Source of the DNA: a virus
Taxonomy: Duplodnaviria; Caudoviricetes
IMG/VR virus record: IMGVR_UViG_3300012038_000181
Span: 8,533 to 72,532 of that record
Length of the DNA: 64,000 nt
Strand: one strand, 5' to 3'
Made by a program: the position numbers and the translations under genes. Shown piece after piece: positions 8,610 through 17,071 of this stretch; the stretch's first letter is position 1; every line of letters starts with the position of its first letter. The notes beneath the pieces are model-generated. The model saw nothing but the letters and a program-made list of their open reading frames with translations, ran no database searches and had not been told where the DNA came from.

Positions 8610-11156
8610 ATGAGAAGTTTCTTTGCGCTAACCATTCTCCTGCTCGTTAGTACGGCTGCTTACGGACATGGAGTAAGGAAGTCTCCTCCCGTAGTCTTTG
8701 CCTGCACGGGTTCGTCACCTGCGCTTTCCGCGCCCGACACGGGCAATGCAGTTACCAACGGAGCGAACTTCCAACTGTGTATCAACGCCGCAGTTTTAGG
8801 TGATACGATCACACTTACCGCAGGAGCTACTTACAACAGCCCGACAGCAGCAGAAGGATTCAGGTTTCCCAACAAGGGCGCAGGCAGCACGTACATCAAC
8901 ATCGTTTCTTCCAATCCCGCGTCTAGACCCACTGACCTTTCTACCTATCCCTCGCTTGATCCGGCCACAGGCTATCCGCGTCGTGTGACCACAGCAGAAG
9001 CAGTAGGGATGCCTAAGCTAGTAGGCACAGATGAAGGTTATCCTGCTCTGTTCTTTAATCTGAGTTCGCATCACTACAACTTGGTTGGCTTAGAAGTAAC
9101 CAACGCAACAGGGATTCAGTACCAAGTAGGTTTGATTAGAACCGGAGGCGGTGGGCAGGAATCCGTCTTTTCTGATTTCTCTCATCATTTAATCTTCGAT
9201 TATCTGTATGTCCATCCGTGGGAGAACGCGAGTCCGACCGAAGACTATGAATACGGTTCAGTAGAAAAAGCGTTTCTGCTTAATGGTTATGACTTCACAA
9301 TCACCCATTGTGCAGTTCAAGGATTCACAGGTTATAGCGAGTCAAATCACGCTCTGCGACTCGACACTAACGCAATCCTAATCGGCTCAGGTACAGGTGA
9401 TATTCTGATTCAAAACAACCTGTTGGAGTCGATGGCGAATAACATCTTCACAGGTGGTTCGGGAGGCATGATTAACCCCACCCACGCCACCACGATTACC
9501 GGAGCGGTCATCACTCAAGCAGGAGGCTCTTTTACTACTACGTTAGCGAGTACCACCGACTTAGAAGTGGGTGATTTCTTTGCTATCTACAACGAGAATA
9601 TCAACGGACGGGGAAATTGTAATCCGGCTTATCAGGGTGGAATTGTGGGCTGTATCTCACCTCCCTCCAACGCAAAGATTACAGCAATTAATCACGGCAC
9701 CGGAGTAGTTACTGCTTCTGGTGGTCTAAGAATGAACTTAGGCTACCGCAAGAACTACATCAACATCTTCAATTCGTCGGGTAGCTATCCAGCGGGCATG
9801 AGTGGCACCTTTACTCTGACGTGGGAAGGACAAACCACAGGCCCGATTACTTACTCATCGACCAAAGCAACGCTGATGTCGAACATCTCGACCGCGCTCA
9901 TTGCGCTCTCGAATGTTGACGCGGCAGACTTTCAGATGGTGGACGATCCCGATTGGGGTGTCTATGTAAACTTTGGTGAGTATTCAGCCATCGTCGGAGC
10001 TACTTGTCCTTCGGTAGATCAGTTCTGTGGAGACACTTGGGCCTATCCCGCAACCATGACGGAGATGACTGGTAACGGCGCAGGGCTAACGGGTGGTACT
10101 TCCCCGACGCTGTACGTTCACTGGAAAGGTCAAGAGTACGGTAGCGGGCTACGCACTGAGGCAGGAGACGAGCCGGACAATGGTTCAGAAGCATGGTGGG
10201 AAGGTTATGGGCTGAATAACATTCAGATGAAGCAGAACATCATTGCCAAGTACGATGCTTGGTATCAGTGGCAGGGAGCGCAGAAAGGGTATCTAGAGTT
10301 CAAAGCCGGAACTAACATGCTACTGGATGGGAACCTGTTCTTCTGGGACGGAGATGATGAACCGCAAGGGCCGGGCGCGTTAGTTCTAACTCCTCATCAG
10401 GACGGCGGCTGTACGTGGTGCGTGATCACCGATTTGACTGTCTCGAATAATTGGTTTCAAACAGGTGGGTTTGCAGGGATGCAGTTGCAGGACGCGATTT
10501 GGTGGGGGCCAATTTCAGAGAATATTATCTTCACTAATAATCTACAGACCGCACCCCAAACAGGTTCACAGCCAGAGTTTGCTTCGGCTATGTCATCGGG
10601 TTACATGACGATGACTCACAATACTTTTCTGTTGGGTAACACAAGATTCATTCAAGGCTATAGCGCGATGGACGGGGATAGTGGTTCGGCTACGAACATC
10701 ATCAGAGACAACATTGTGCGAGCGGGTACAGGGCTGTACTGCTTAATACCGTTACCTGCTCCTGGTCAAGCCGATGACTGTTGGCCTGGTTCAACTAGTG
10801 AGAACAGGCAGAACTTACTCATAGACGATCAAGGATGGATTGGGCCATTTAGCAATCCGTTTGCAGAGTATTGGACGCAATGGGCTGACTTCTGGCCCAC
10901 GCAGTTCTACAACAACTCGATTAGCAATATTAAGTTTGTGAACGCTCCCGCAACCTTCGGAACGAAGTATGGTAACTACCGACTACAAGCCGATAGTCCC
11001 TATCACAACGCAGCGAGTGACGGAACAGATGTAGGAGTAGACTTCGATGCAATGGCGGTAGCTGCGGGTGTTAATTGGTTTCCCACATCAGCGTCGCTTG
11101 GTAGCGTAGGGGTTTCGGGCAAAGTTTCCGTTGGGGGGCGCGTCATCATCAAGTGA
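8610..11156 (+). CDS. exported right-handed beta-helix (polysaccharide lyase/hydrolase-like) protein
   Basis: MRSFFALTILLLVSTAAYG|H; AAVLGDTITLTAGATY start of helix, N-rich repeats, C-terminal NYRLQADSPY...GTDVGVDF; internal GTFTLTWEGQTTGPITY insert. Confidence 0.7.
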   Translation: MRSFFALTILLLVSTAAYGHGVRKSPPVVFACTGSSPALSAPDTGNAVTNGANFQLCINAAVLGDTITLTAGATYNSPTAAEGFRFPNKGAGSTYINIVSSNPASRPTDLSTYPSLDPATGYPRRVTTAEAVGMPKLVGTDEGYPALFFNLSSHHYNLVGLEVTNATGIQYQVGLIRTGGGGQESVFSDFSHHLIFDYLYVHPWENASPTEDYEYGSVEKAFLLNGYDFTITHCAVQGFTGYSESNHALRLDTNAILIGSGTGDILIQNNLLESMANNIFTGGSGGMINPTHATTITGAVITQAGGSFTTTLASTTDLEVGDFFAIYNENINGRGNCNPAYQGGIVGCISPPSNAKITAINHGTGVVTASGGLRMNLGYRKNYINIFNSSGSYPAGMSGTFTLTWEGQTTGPITYSSTKATLMSNISTALIALSNVDAADFQMVDDPDWGVYVNFGEYSAIVGATCPSVDQFCGDTWAYPATMTEMTGNGAGLTGGTSPTLYVHWKGQEYGSGLRTEAGDEPDNGSEAWWEGYGLNNIQMKQNIIAKYDAWYQWQGAQKGYLEFKAGTNMLLDGNLFFWDGDDEPQGPGALVLTPHQDGGCTWCVITDLTVSNNWFQTGGFAGMQLQDAIWWGPISENIIFTNNLQTAPQTGSQPEFASAMSSGYMTMTHNTFLLGNTRFIQGYSAMDGDSGSATNIIRDNIVRAGTGLYCLIPLPAPGQADDCWPGSTSENRQNLLIDDQGWIGPFSNPFAEYWTQWADFWPTQFYNNSISNIKFVNAPATFGTKYGNYRLQADSPYHNAASDGTDVGVDFDAMAVAAGVNWFPTSASLGSVGVSGKVSVGGRVIIK

Positions 11157-11207
11157 CGATTAATTTCCGCATCTACTCGTTTCATATCTGAATCAAAGGT
11201 TGGCATC

Positions 11208-11729
11208 TTAGGTGTCCTTTCGGAGAGTTTCTAGTTGGGCCTCAAACTCAGGCACTAAGTTTTGCAGTTCAAGACGCGTGTATTTGTGGCCCTTCGCCCA
11301 ATCTCGATAGAGTTCATCAAACGCATCTACTCCAAACTTCTTTACAAACCACAGATGGTAAGACGCGGCAGCGGTCATAGCCGCTTTGTAGTTGCAGGGC
11401 CAACATTGTCGAAAGACGTTTCGCAAGTCCCATCGGGTAGCGTAGGAGCGTCGAGATAGAACATGGCCCGTGGTTGGCTTCTCTACCGAACCGCACTCAA
11501 CGCACCTTTCGTACATCACGAGCATGATTTGGAAGACTAACCCGTCAATCGTCTTAATTAGCTTCTTCCGAGTGGTAACTTTGCTGCGTTTTGAGGCTCT
11601 TTTGCGCGACGTTGACGCTGGAGACGTTTTTCTGAGAGGGGCAGACCGTTTGATTGCACTTCTTGGCTTGGAAGGCTTAGAACGAGCCTTCAAAAGTGCT
11701 TCTTCGTAATTTTGTGGCTGAAGGCTCAT
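11208..11729 (-). CDS. ninG: NinG/Rap-like recombination endonuclease
   Basis: RCVECG...TTGHVLSRRSYATRWDLRNVFRQCWPCN motif; start set at the TAATG overlap. Confidence 0.8.
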   Translation of the reverse strand: MSLQPQNYEEALLKARSKPSKPRSAIKRSAPLRKTSPASTSRKRASKRSKVTTRKKLIKTIDGLVFQIMLVMYERCVECGSVEKPTTGHVLSRRSYATRWDLRNVFRQCWPCNYKAAMTAAASYHLWFVKKFGVDAFDELYRDWAKGHKYTRLELQNLVPEFEAQLETLRKDT

Positions 11730-11944
11730 TAGTCGATCCGTTTCCAAGTAAGAATAACTATCTTGCGGGGCAACAGTTCTTTTTCAAGACGCTTGATTGT
11801 TCTCTCAATGGCTTCTTGATTATTCAATGGTGATGTTAGGGTAGAAAAAGCAAAGCCGCCCGATGGAATCTCTTGGGGGCCAAAGATTAGATAGGGAATG
11901 TAGTACCGATACGTCTCATCTGCCACGCTAAACTCTCCTTCCAT
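11729..11944 (-). CDS. hypothetical protein
   Basis: Fills operon gap; stop overlaps ninG start. Confidence 0.5.
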   Translation of the reverse strand: MEGEFSVADETYRYYIPYLIFGPQEIPSGGFAFSTLTSPLNNQEAIERTIKRLEKELLPRKIVILTWKRID

Positions 11945-12285
11945 TAGGTAAGCGAGCATCACCTTGAATCAACTCTAAGGCTGCTACTGCTCCTGCGTCT
12001 TCAAGTTCAATTACTGTTATATCAAGTACGGTGGCGATGTGGTGCTCCAACGATGCGCCCTTGGATTTCTCCCATCCATCCAACATGCAGATGTGGTCAC
12101 ACTCCACTAGACCGAGAATATCCTTCACCATCGCATTGCGATAGGTCTCGCTGACATCGTTCAACTCAGCGGGGCTAACCACCTCAAACCCCTTCTCGCG
12201 CAATTTCTCAGCGGCAGAATGAAAAGCGGGATAATTTCAAATCGGGATAACCCGTCATTGGGCCTGCGAGATAGACACGCGCCAT
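11928..12285 (-). pseudogene. DUF4406-family protein interrupted by a 1-nt insertion
   Basis: AAGGAG-ATG MARVYLAGPMTGYPDL, then GAT TTG AAA TTA; removing one A gives DLNYPAFHSAAEKLREKGFEVVSPAE...LDGWEKSKGASLE. Confidence 0.8.
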
Positions 12286-12383
12286 TTTAGTTGACTCCTT
12301 TGCGTAGGTAGTTCTGAGGTCTGATGGTGAAGTAGTTCATGGATTCCTTCTTTGAAGGGTGAGTGGGGCAACTCACCTTCGGG

Positions 12384-12623
12384 TTAGTGATTCACGTAAC
12401 AGCCGACTTGATTCATGCAACTGCGATACTCCTGCACTTCGTAGTAGTGGCAGTAATCAAAACCGTGTTCAACGCGACAGATCGCAAAGTTGATCTCCGC
12501 TACTGCGTTACAAGCCGTGTGCTGTGTCTCACAGAAGTTATCCGCTGCGACGGGTGCAGGGGCTAAAGAGGTAGCGATAAAAGCTACTACCAAGAGCGTG
12601 AAGATTAAGAGTGGTCGTTTCAT
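12384..12623 (-). CDS. small exported cysteine-rich protein
   Basis: Signal MKRPLLIFTLLVVAFIATSLAPAPVAA; six Cys in about 50 mature residues; GAAAGG RBS. Confidence 0.75.
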   Translation of the reverse strand: MKRPLLIFTLLVVAFIATSLAPAPVAADNFCETQHTACNAVAEINFAICRVEHGFDYCHYYEVQEYRSCMNQVGCYVNH

Positions 12624-12656
12624 TTAGTTACCTTTCTGTGTTTGAATAAAGCCGTG

Positions 12657-12869
12657 TTACGCGGTTCGTTCAATGTAGTATTGCGCAAATCTCTCGTTGC
12701 GCTTCTCAACCATGCGCGTCTGAATCGGCCAACCTTCTTGTCGGAGCGAAAAAACAGCTCCTCCGACATTCCACAGACGGAATTTCTTGAGGCAGTCTTG
12801 CTTGCTGAGATAGTCACCCGAAAGTAAGGCTTGGAGCAACTTGCGTCTTTTAGCTACTTTATCGCTCAT
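12657..12869 (-). CDS. small winged-HTH protein (HTH_39-like)
   Basis: LLQALLSGDYLS...GGAVFSLRQEGWPIQT pattern. Confidence 0.6.
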   Translation of the reverse strand: MSDKVAKRRKLLQALLSGDYLSKQDCLKKFRLWNVGGAVFSLRQEGWPIQTRMVEKRNERFAQYYIERTA

Positions 12870-13048
12870 CGTGTTTTCCTTCCCGATTTTGTGCAGCGTC
12901 GTTTCATTTGGTCTATTTGCGCCCGTGAGAACAGCGGTACGCGCCCCACGGTACGCACGGGGCCGAGCTTCAACTTCTTAATCACACGGCGCACTTGGCG
13001 CGTGCTTAATCGCAGCTCGTCAGCAATGTCCTTAATCTCAATCATCAT
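12866..13048 (-). CDS. excisionase/MerR-like HTH DNA-binding protein
   Basis: IKDIADELRLSTRQVRRVIKK...VGRVPLFSRAQI. Confidence 0.65.
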   Translation of the reverse strand: MMIEIKDIADELRLSTRQVRRVIKKLKLGPVRTVGRVPLFSRAQIDQMKRRCTKSGRKTR

Positions 13049-13760
13049 GGCGATTGTCCTCTCAAGTGGACTTAAAGTCAACTCCTAAATCAAATAATTT
13101 GCGTTAAATTTTGATCTTACGGTAGAATGTGGGGGTTAAAAGCAAAGCGGCCAAGAAGATGAATTCTTGACCGCAGTTTCGCCGGATATGCTTACGGCGT
13201 GTGGAACGTATGAATCAATCTTACCATACAACCCCAGCAGTCACGCAAGGTTTCTCCACGGCTAATGAACTCCTAGAGTCTAGCTCTGAAAATCAAGCCG
13301 CGCTCAAAGGCGATGAGCGGTCTAATCTGACCATCGAAGGGTGGTCACGTACTGCAATACAAACTGACTTTCTTGGGAAGAAAAACCAAGTTTTCCCTCG
13401 CAACGGGCGAGTAGTATATCTCGCTACGCGGACGTGCAGCCGCGTATTCACGGGTTTACGTCGAGGTAGAGACACGTGGTGCTGCCCCTCTGTGGCAGAT
13501 TGTGTGTAAAAAAGTCAGAGAGTAATAGCGCGGTCTTAGACGCTAAACAACTTTCAAAGAGCATATCCAATTACGCAAGACTATCGCTTCCAAGTGGTGC
13601 TCTATCTATTACTACACACCACCAACGGAAGGAAAACCCGTTCTCTGCTTAGATTCAAAGATTAAACGGAAGGGGCGATCAATCGGCCTTGTCAAGAGAG
13701 CCTTGGGATACCCCTTCCGTCGATGACCGCCCTTCCCCAAAGGTCGGTCAAAGGTCAATT

Positions 13761-13961
13761 TTACTTCTTTCCGATGAGGTAGTGCGGATCGCTTTTATGA
13801 AGCACGTCATCCACGCACAGCATTGGCTTAACATCCTTTTCGTGCTGATTGACCAAGTGCTGAGTTGGCCCTAATTTGCTCTCAGCGACCTTCTGACGGG
13901 CAATGTCGCGGGCATGGGGCTTCTCACTATCTACGACTCTTAATCTTAGTTTAGCGGGCAT
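13761..13961 (-). CDS. hypothetical protein
   Basis: 66-aa ORF at the end of a tightly packed leftward operon. Confidence 0.55.
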   Translation of the reverse strand: MPAKLRLRVVDSEKPHARDIARQKVAESKLGPTQHLVNQHEKDVKPMLCVDDVLHKSDPHYLIGKK

Positions 13962-13964
13962 TAT

Positions 13965-14186
13965 TTACCTCCAAGCTAGTCCAATGAGAAATCCAAGCAT
14001 CCCCCCAAGCAGGGAGATAAGCACCAGAACCAAGGCATACAACCAAGTGGGAATCTCACGGGGGCCATAAACCGTCAACATGTCCCCATTCTTTAGGTTA
14101 GGCGGTACGCGATCTACAGTGAGCACCACCTGGGCATGGGGTTTCATTACATAATCAAGTACTTGGAAACGTGGTTTAGCAGTCAT
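13965..14186 (-). CDS. small membrane protein
   Basis: C-terminal hydrophobic helix WLYALVLVLISLLGGMLGFLIGLAW. Confidence 0.6.
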   Translation of the reverse strand: MTAKPRFQVLDYVMKPHAQVVLTVDRVPPNLKNGDMLTVYGPREIPTWLYALVLVLISLLGGMLGFLIGLAWR

Positions 14187-14674
14187 TATTCGCTCTCCTT
14201 TAGTTTTAGAGCAGTGCGGGCGTCCGCTAAAGCTCCCCGATCAACCTGCATCAACACGTAGCGCATTCGTGGATCATCAAACTCAACTCCTGAGTTCACG
14301 ATTTCTTGTAACGCCTCCGCTATCTCTGCTCCCCTTTGTAGTCCAGCAGCGTAGCCCTCTGCTCGTTCGTCTACTGGCCCACTGGCTGAGTCAGTAGCAG
14401 GAGCGGCGATGATTCCTAATACATCGTGTTGCTTCAATCCATCAGCGACAGCGTTTACCTCATCGGCAGATGCGTTCTCAGGCAACAAACCCTTTGCCTC
14501 TCTCACATAGTTGTCGTCAGCAGGAGCGGGTGTAGTGGCGATTATGATTGCTGGTGGTTGTGCTGACTTCGCAATGAACGCTTGGGCATGTTTGATGCCT
14601 TCCGCAAATCCTTCCTTGTATCCCGCATCATAGTCAGCGTTGAACATCGGACGTATCGAAGTGGTAAGGCTCAT
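14186..14674 (-). CDS. mosaic hypothetical protein
   Basis: 162 aa, overlapping start/stop with both neighbours; APA(T)D linker motifs. Confidence 0.6.
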   Translation of the reverse strand: MSLTTSIRPMFNADYDAGYKEGFAEGIKHAQAFIAKSAQPPAIIIATTPAPADDNYVREAKGLLPENASADEVNAVADGLKQHDVLGIIAAPATDSASGPVDERAEGYAAGLQRGAEIAEALQEIVNSGVEFDDPRMRYVLMQVDRGALADARTALKLKESE

Positions 14675-15220
14675 TTGATTTCCTTCCTAATCGCCTCCAT
14701 GATCTTCTCTGCCGCGTTTGACGCGCCCCTGTCGGCATCATCGTTCGTGTAATGCTCCCGAACTTCTGCCGCGACCTTAAACGACTCCGCTATCTCTGCT
14801 GCTCTTTGTAGTCCAGCGGAATGACCGATACCAAGCGCATTAGTGATGGCGGTTTCCGTGGCATCATTCTCAGCACGTAGACGGCGTATCTCTGCTATTA
14901 GAGTGTCCCGTTCGTTGACCGCTTTGACGATGAGTGCGGCGTTAGCTTCGTTCTCGTCGGAAGTGCATTGCGGCCATCCTCCCTCAATCTGAGCGATGCT
15001 TTCACCTGTCGGCGTAACACTGACATCCTTTGGGTGATCCAACATCGCGCCCCCGTAATCATAGATGGCCCACGGACGTGGAGACGCCCCTTCAATAGCT
15101 TCTAGGTCTAGTTGAGTCTCTACTACTGAGGGAGCGGGAGTGTTGAAGCCGCATATTCGGCGTGGGCCTGACTCGAAACAATCGGCGGTATGCTTGGTGC
15201 GCTACTGAGTTATCTGACAT
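14671..15220 (-). pseudogene. Ead/Ea22-like protein, apparently frameshifted near the 5' end
   Basis: The 14671-15045 frame extends upstream without a start (KHTADCF...LDLEAIEGASPRPW...NAALIVKAVNER); ATG at 15220 is 1 nt out of frame. Confidence 0.55.
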
Positions 15221-15349
15221 CTAGTCGCAAAGTCCTTTCCCAATAGTGAGTCCGACTAATATCCCGCATCCGGTCCAAATGAACCAAAGAAAAATGAACA
15301 GCGGAATTGCAATGGATTTGTTAGTTGATACAGGTTTGTTATCTGACAT
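15221..15349 (-). CDS. 42-aa single-pass membrane peptide
   Basis: Hand translation MSDNKPVSTNKSIAIPLFIFLWFIWTGCGILVGLTIGKGLCD*; abuts both neighbours. Confidence 0.6.
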   Translation of the reverse strand: MSDNKPVSTNKSIAIPLFIFLWFIWTGCGILVGLTIGKGLCD

Positions 15350-15536
15350 TAGTTGGACTCCTTAAATCCGCTTTGCAATGACGGCAGTTCGTCGGGTATT
15401 CCTTCCGAGTAAAGCCGTGTTCGCTCCTGAACTCCGGTACGTTTATCGATCCGCATTCCTTACACACGATGCAGTCTAAGACCGGAGTTGGCGCAAAGCG
15501 TCCGTTGGCGCGGCGTGGGATAAGTTGCCTGCCCAC
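15339..15536 (-). CDS. zinc-ribbon protein
   Basis: CKEC...CRHC; basic N-terminus RRANGRF. Confidence 0.6.
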   Translation of the reverse strand: MGRQLIPRRANGRFAPTPVLDCIVCKECGSINVPEFRSEHGFTRKEYPTNCRHCKADLRSPTNVR

Positions 15537-15540
15537 CTAG

Positions 15541-16500
15541 TTACTCCTTCTCTGCTGTACGAGCAGCGGCCAATCTGCGAATCATCACCAACAACGCAGG
15601 CTCGAATCCGCTTACATATCCATCGTGCAAGTTGAGTTGCGCCTGAACGCCATCAGCCAACGCTATCGCTTCGCGGGCTAAGTCATCTTCGCTAACGCTG
15701 CTGGTAGTGGTAGGCCGTATTCGGTGGATCGGGTTCTGACAGTTACAGTAATCGCGCACACCACTACCGCCTTCGCTACATCCATACATCCGCGCTGCCT
15801 TACTTTGATCGTCGTGGCCGCAGTCTGGACACTTGCTGCTGGCTGAGTCAGCGGGAGCAGTCTTTAATCGGTTAGCGGCGTGGTCTGCGGCGTCCTCAGA
15901 CTCGTAGCGGGCGTGTACTTCCCACGTCTCACCGCCTATGTGTTCAACGATCAACTGCGTAGGCTTGTCAGCGGGAGCGGCTGCTAGGTGCTTGGAGAGC
16001 AACGGTTCAATTCGATTCGTTGCGGCGTTCTTACTCCATCCTCCAAGAAAATCGTCCATGTTGTAGAGAATCAACCGCGTAGCTTCGTGCCCTGCCCCGT
16101 TGGTAAACAACTCGGTGGCAATTTCCTCTGCCAATGCTCTAGCGTCTACTGTAGTTGCTGGTACAGGGGCGGCGGGGTGGACTTCTTCGTAGTGCGTGCC
16201 TCTGTCGATGTATTGCGCTCCGCATCTATGTTGAGTCTCGATCCACGCTCGGCATCTTTCGCACCAAAGCCAATTAAGTAAATGGTGGGCCTCTCTCCCA
16301 ATCAACTCACCTGGGGGAGAGACGCGGGCTTCGATTCCCCAATGGTTAGCGAACGCCTTGCTGACGCACTCTTGGCAGTACATAAGGTCTTCAGTGACGT
16401 TGAGGACTTCATCTGTCTTGCCGCAACCCGTACAGGCATCAGTCCCGATGTAGTTTGCGATGGTCATTTCGTCCGGTGCTGGTTGGTTATCTGTAGTCAT
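15541..16500 (-). CDS. mosaic hypothetical protein with several Cys-rich modules
   Basis: Start MTTDNQ after GAAAGG; CTGC/CQEC, CERC, CPDC modules separated by APA linkers. Confidence 0.6.
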   Translation of the reverse strand: MTTDNQPAPDEMTIANYIGTDACTGCGKTDEVLNVTEDLMYCQECVSKAFANHWGIEARVSPPGELIGREAHHLLNWLWCERCRAWIETQHRCGAQYIDRGTHYEEVHPAAPVPATTVDARALAEEIATELFTNGAGHEATRLILYNMDDFLGGWSKNAATNRIEPLLSKHLAAAPADKPTQLIVEHIGGETWEVHARYESEDAADHAANRLKTAPADSASSKCPDCGHDDQSKAARMYGCSEGGSGVRDYCNCQNPIHRIRPTTTSSVSEDDLAREAIALADGVQAQLNLHDGYVSGFEPALLVMIRRLAAARTAEKE

Positions 16501-16804
16501 GGTTGCCTTTCTTGGAACACTCGAATGAATGCTCGGTTCCGTGGTTATCTCGAAGGGTGCATTGATGATCTCTTTCCATGTTACGCTCGCAGCCGCCGCA
16601 TCCAGCGATACATCGCTTGGGTTTAGGGTCATGTGCCTTTAGAAACTTCTGCAACTTCACGGTTACTAACTCACTGTGCCTTAACGCTCCCCTCGCTATA
16701 GCGAGAACGCGATCATCGTTTAAGGAAGCAACCGCGTCGCTAATGAAGGCGTAACCCTGATCGCTCTCGACAAGTTTGAATAATTGATGGCCCAACTTCC
16801 CCAT
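16487..16804 (-). CDS. hypothetical protein
   Basis: 105-aa ORF abutting its neighbours in the operon. Confidence 0.5.
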   Translation of the reverse strand: MGKLGHQLFKLVESDQGYAFISDAVASLNDDRVLAIARGALRHSELVTVKLQKFLKAHDPKPKRCIAGCGGCERNMERDHQCTLRDNHGTEHSFECSKKGNHDYR

Positions 16805-17071
16805 CTACTTCCCTTCCTTTCCTGCTGCTGCGGTTTCAAACAATTTGATTAACCGTAAGGTGTCAATATTCCCATCCCAACAATCAGCAAGTTGACGATC
16901 AGTAATCTCAATCGCTTCTTTCCACACCTTTGCTCGCTCTGCTGCTAGAGCGGTGGCAATCGCGGTGATTAAGGTATCGTCGTCGCTTTCCCAATCGTCA
17001 CGTTGCTTTACGACAATCCCTTTTGCGACTGCTCTATCTTCATCGTTAGGTACTGCATTGATGTCTGTCAT
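16805..17071 (-). CDS. hypothetical protein
   Basis: AAGGAG RBS before MTDINAV. Confidence 0.55.
   Translation of the reverse strand: MTDINAVPNDEDRAVAKGIVVKQRDDWESDDDTLITAIATALAAERAKVWKEAIEITDRQLADCWDGNIDTLRLIKLFETAAAGKEGK

Noticed and set aside
16310-16345. tRNA T-loop-like sequence GGGCTTCGATTCCC
   Set aside because: Lies inside a minus-strand CDS; no acceptor, D or anticodon arms could be built
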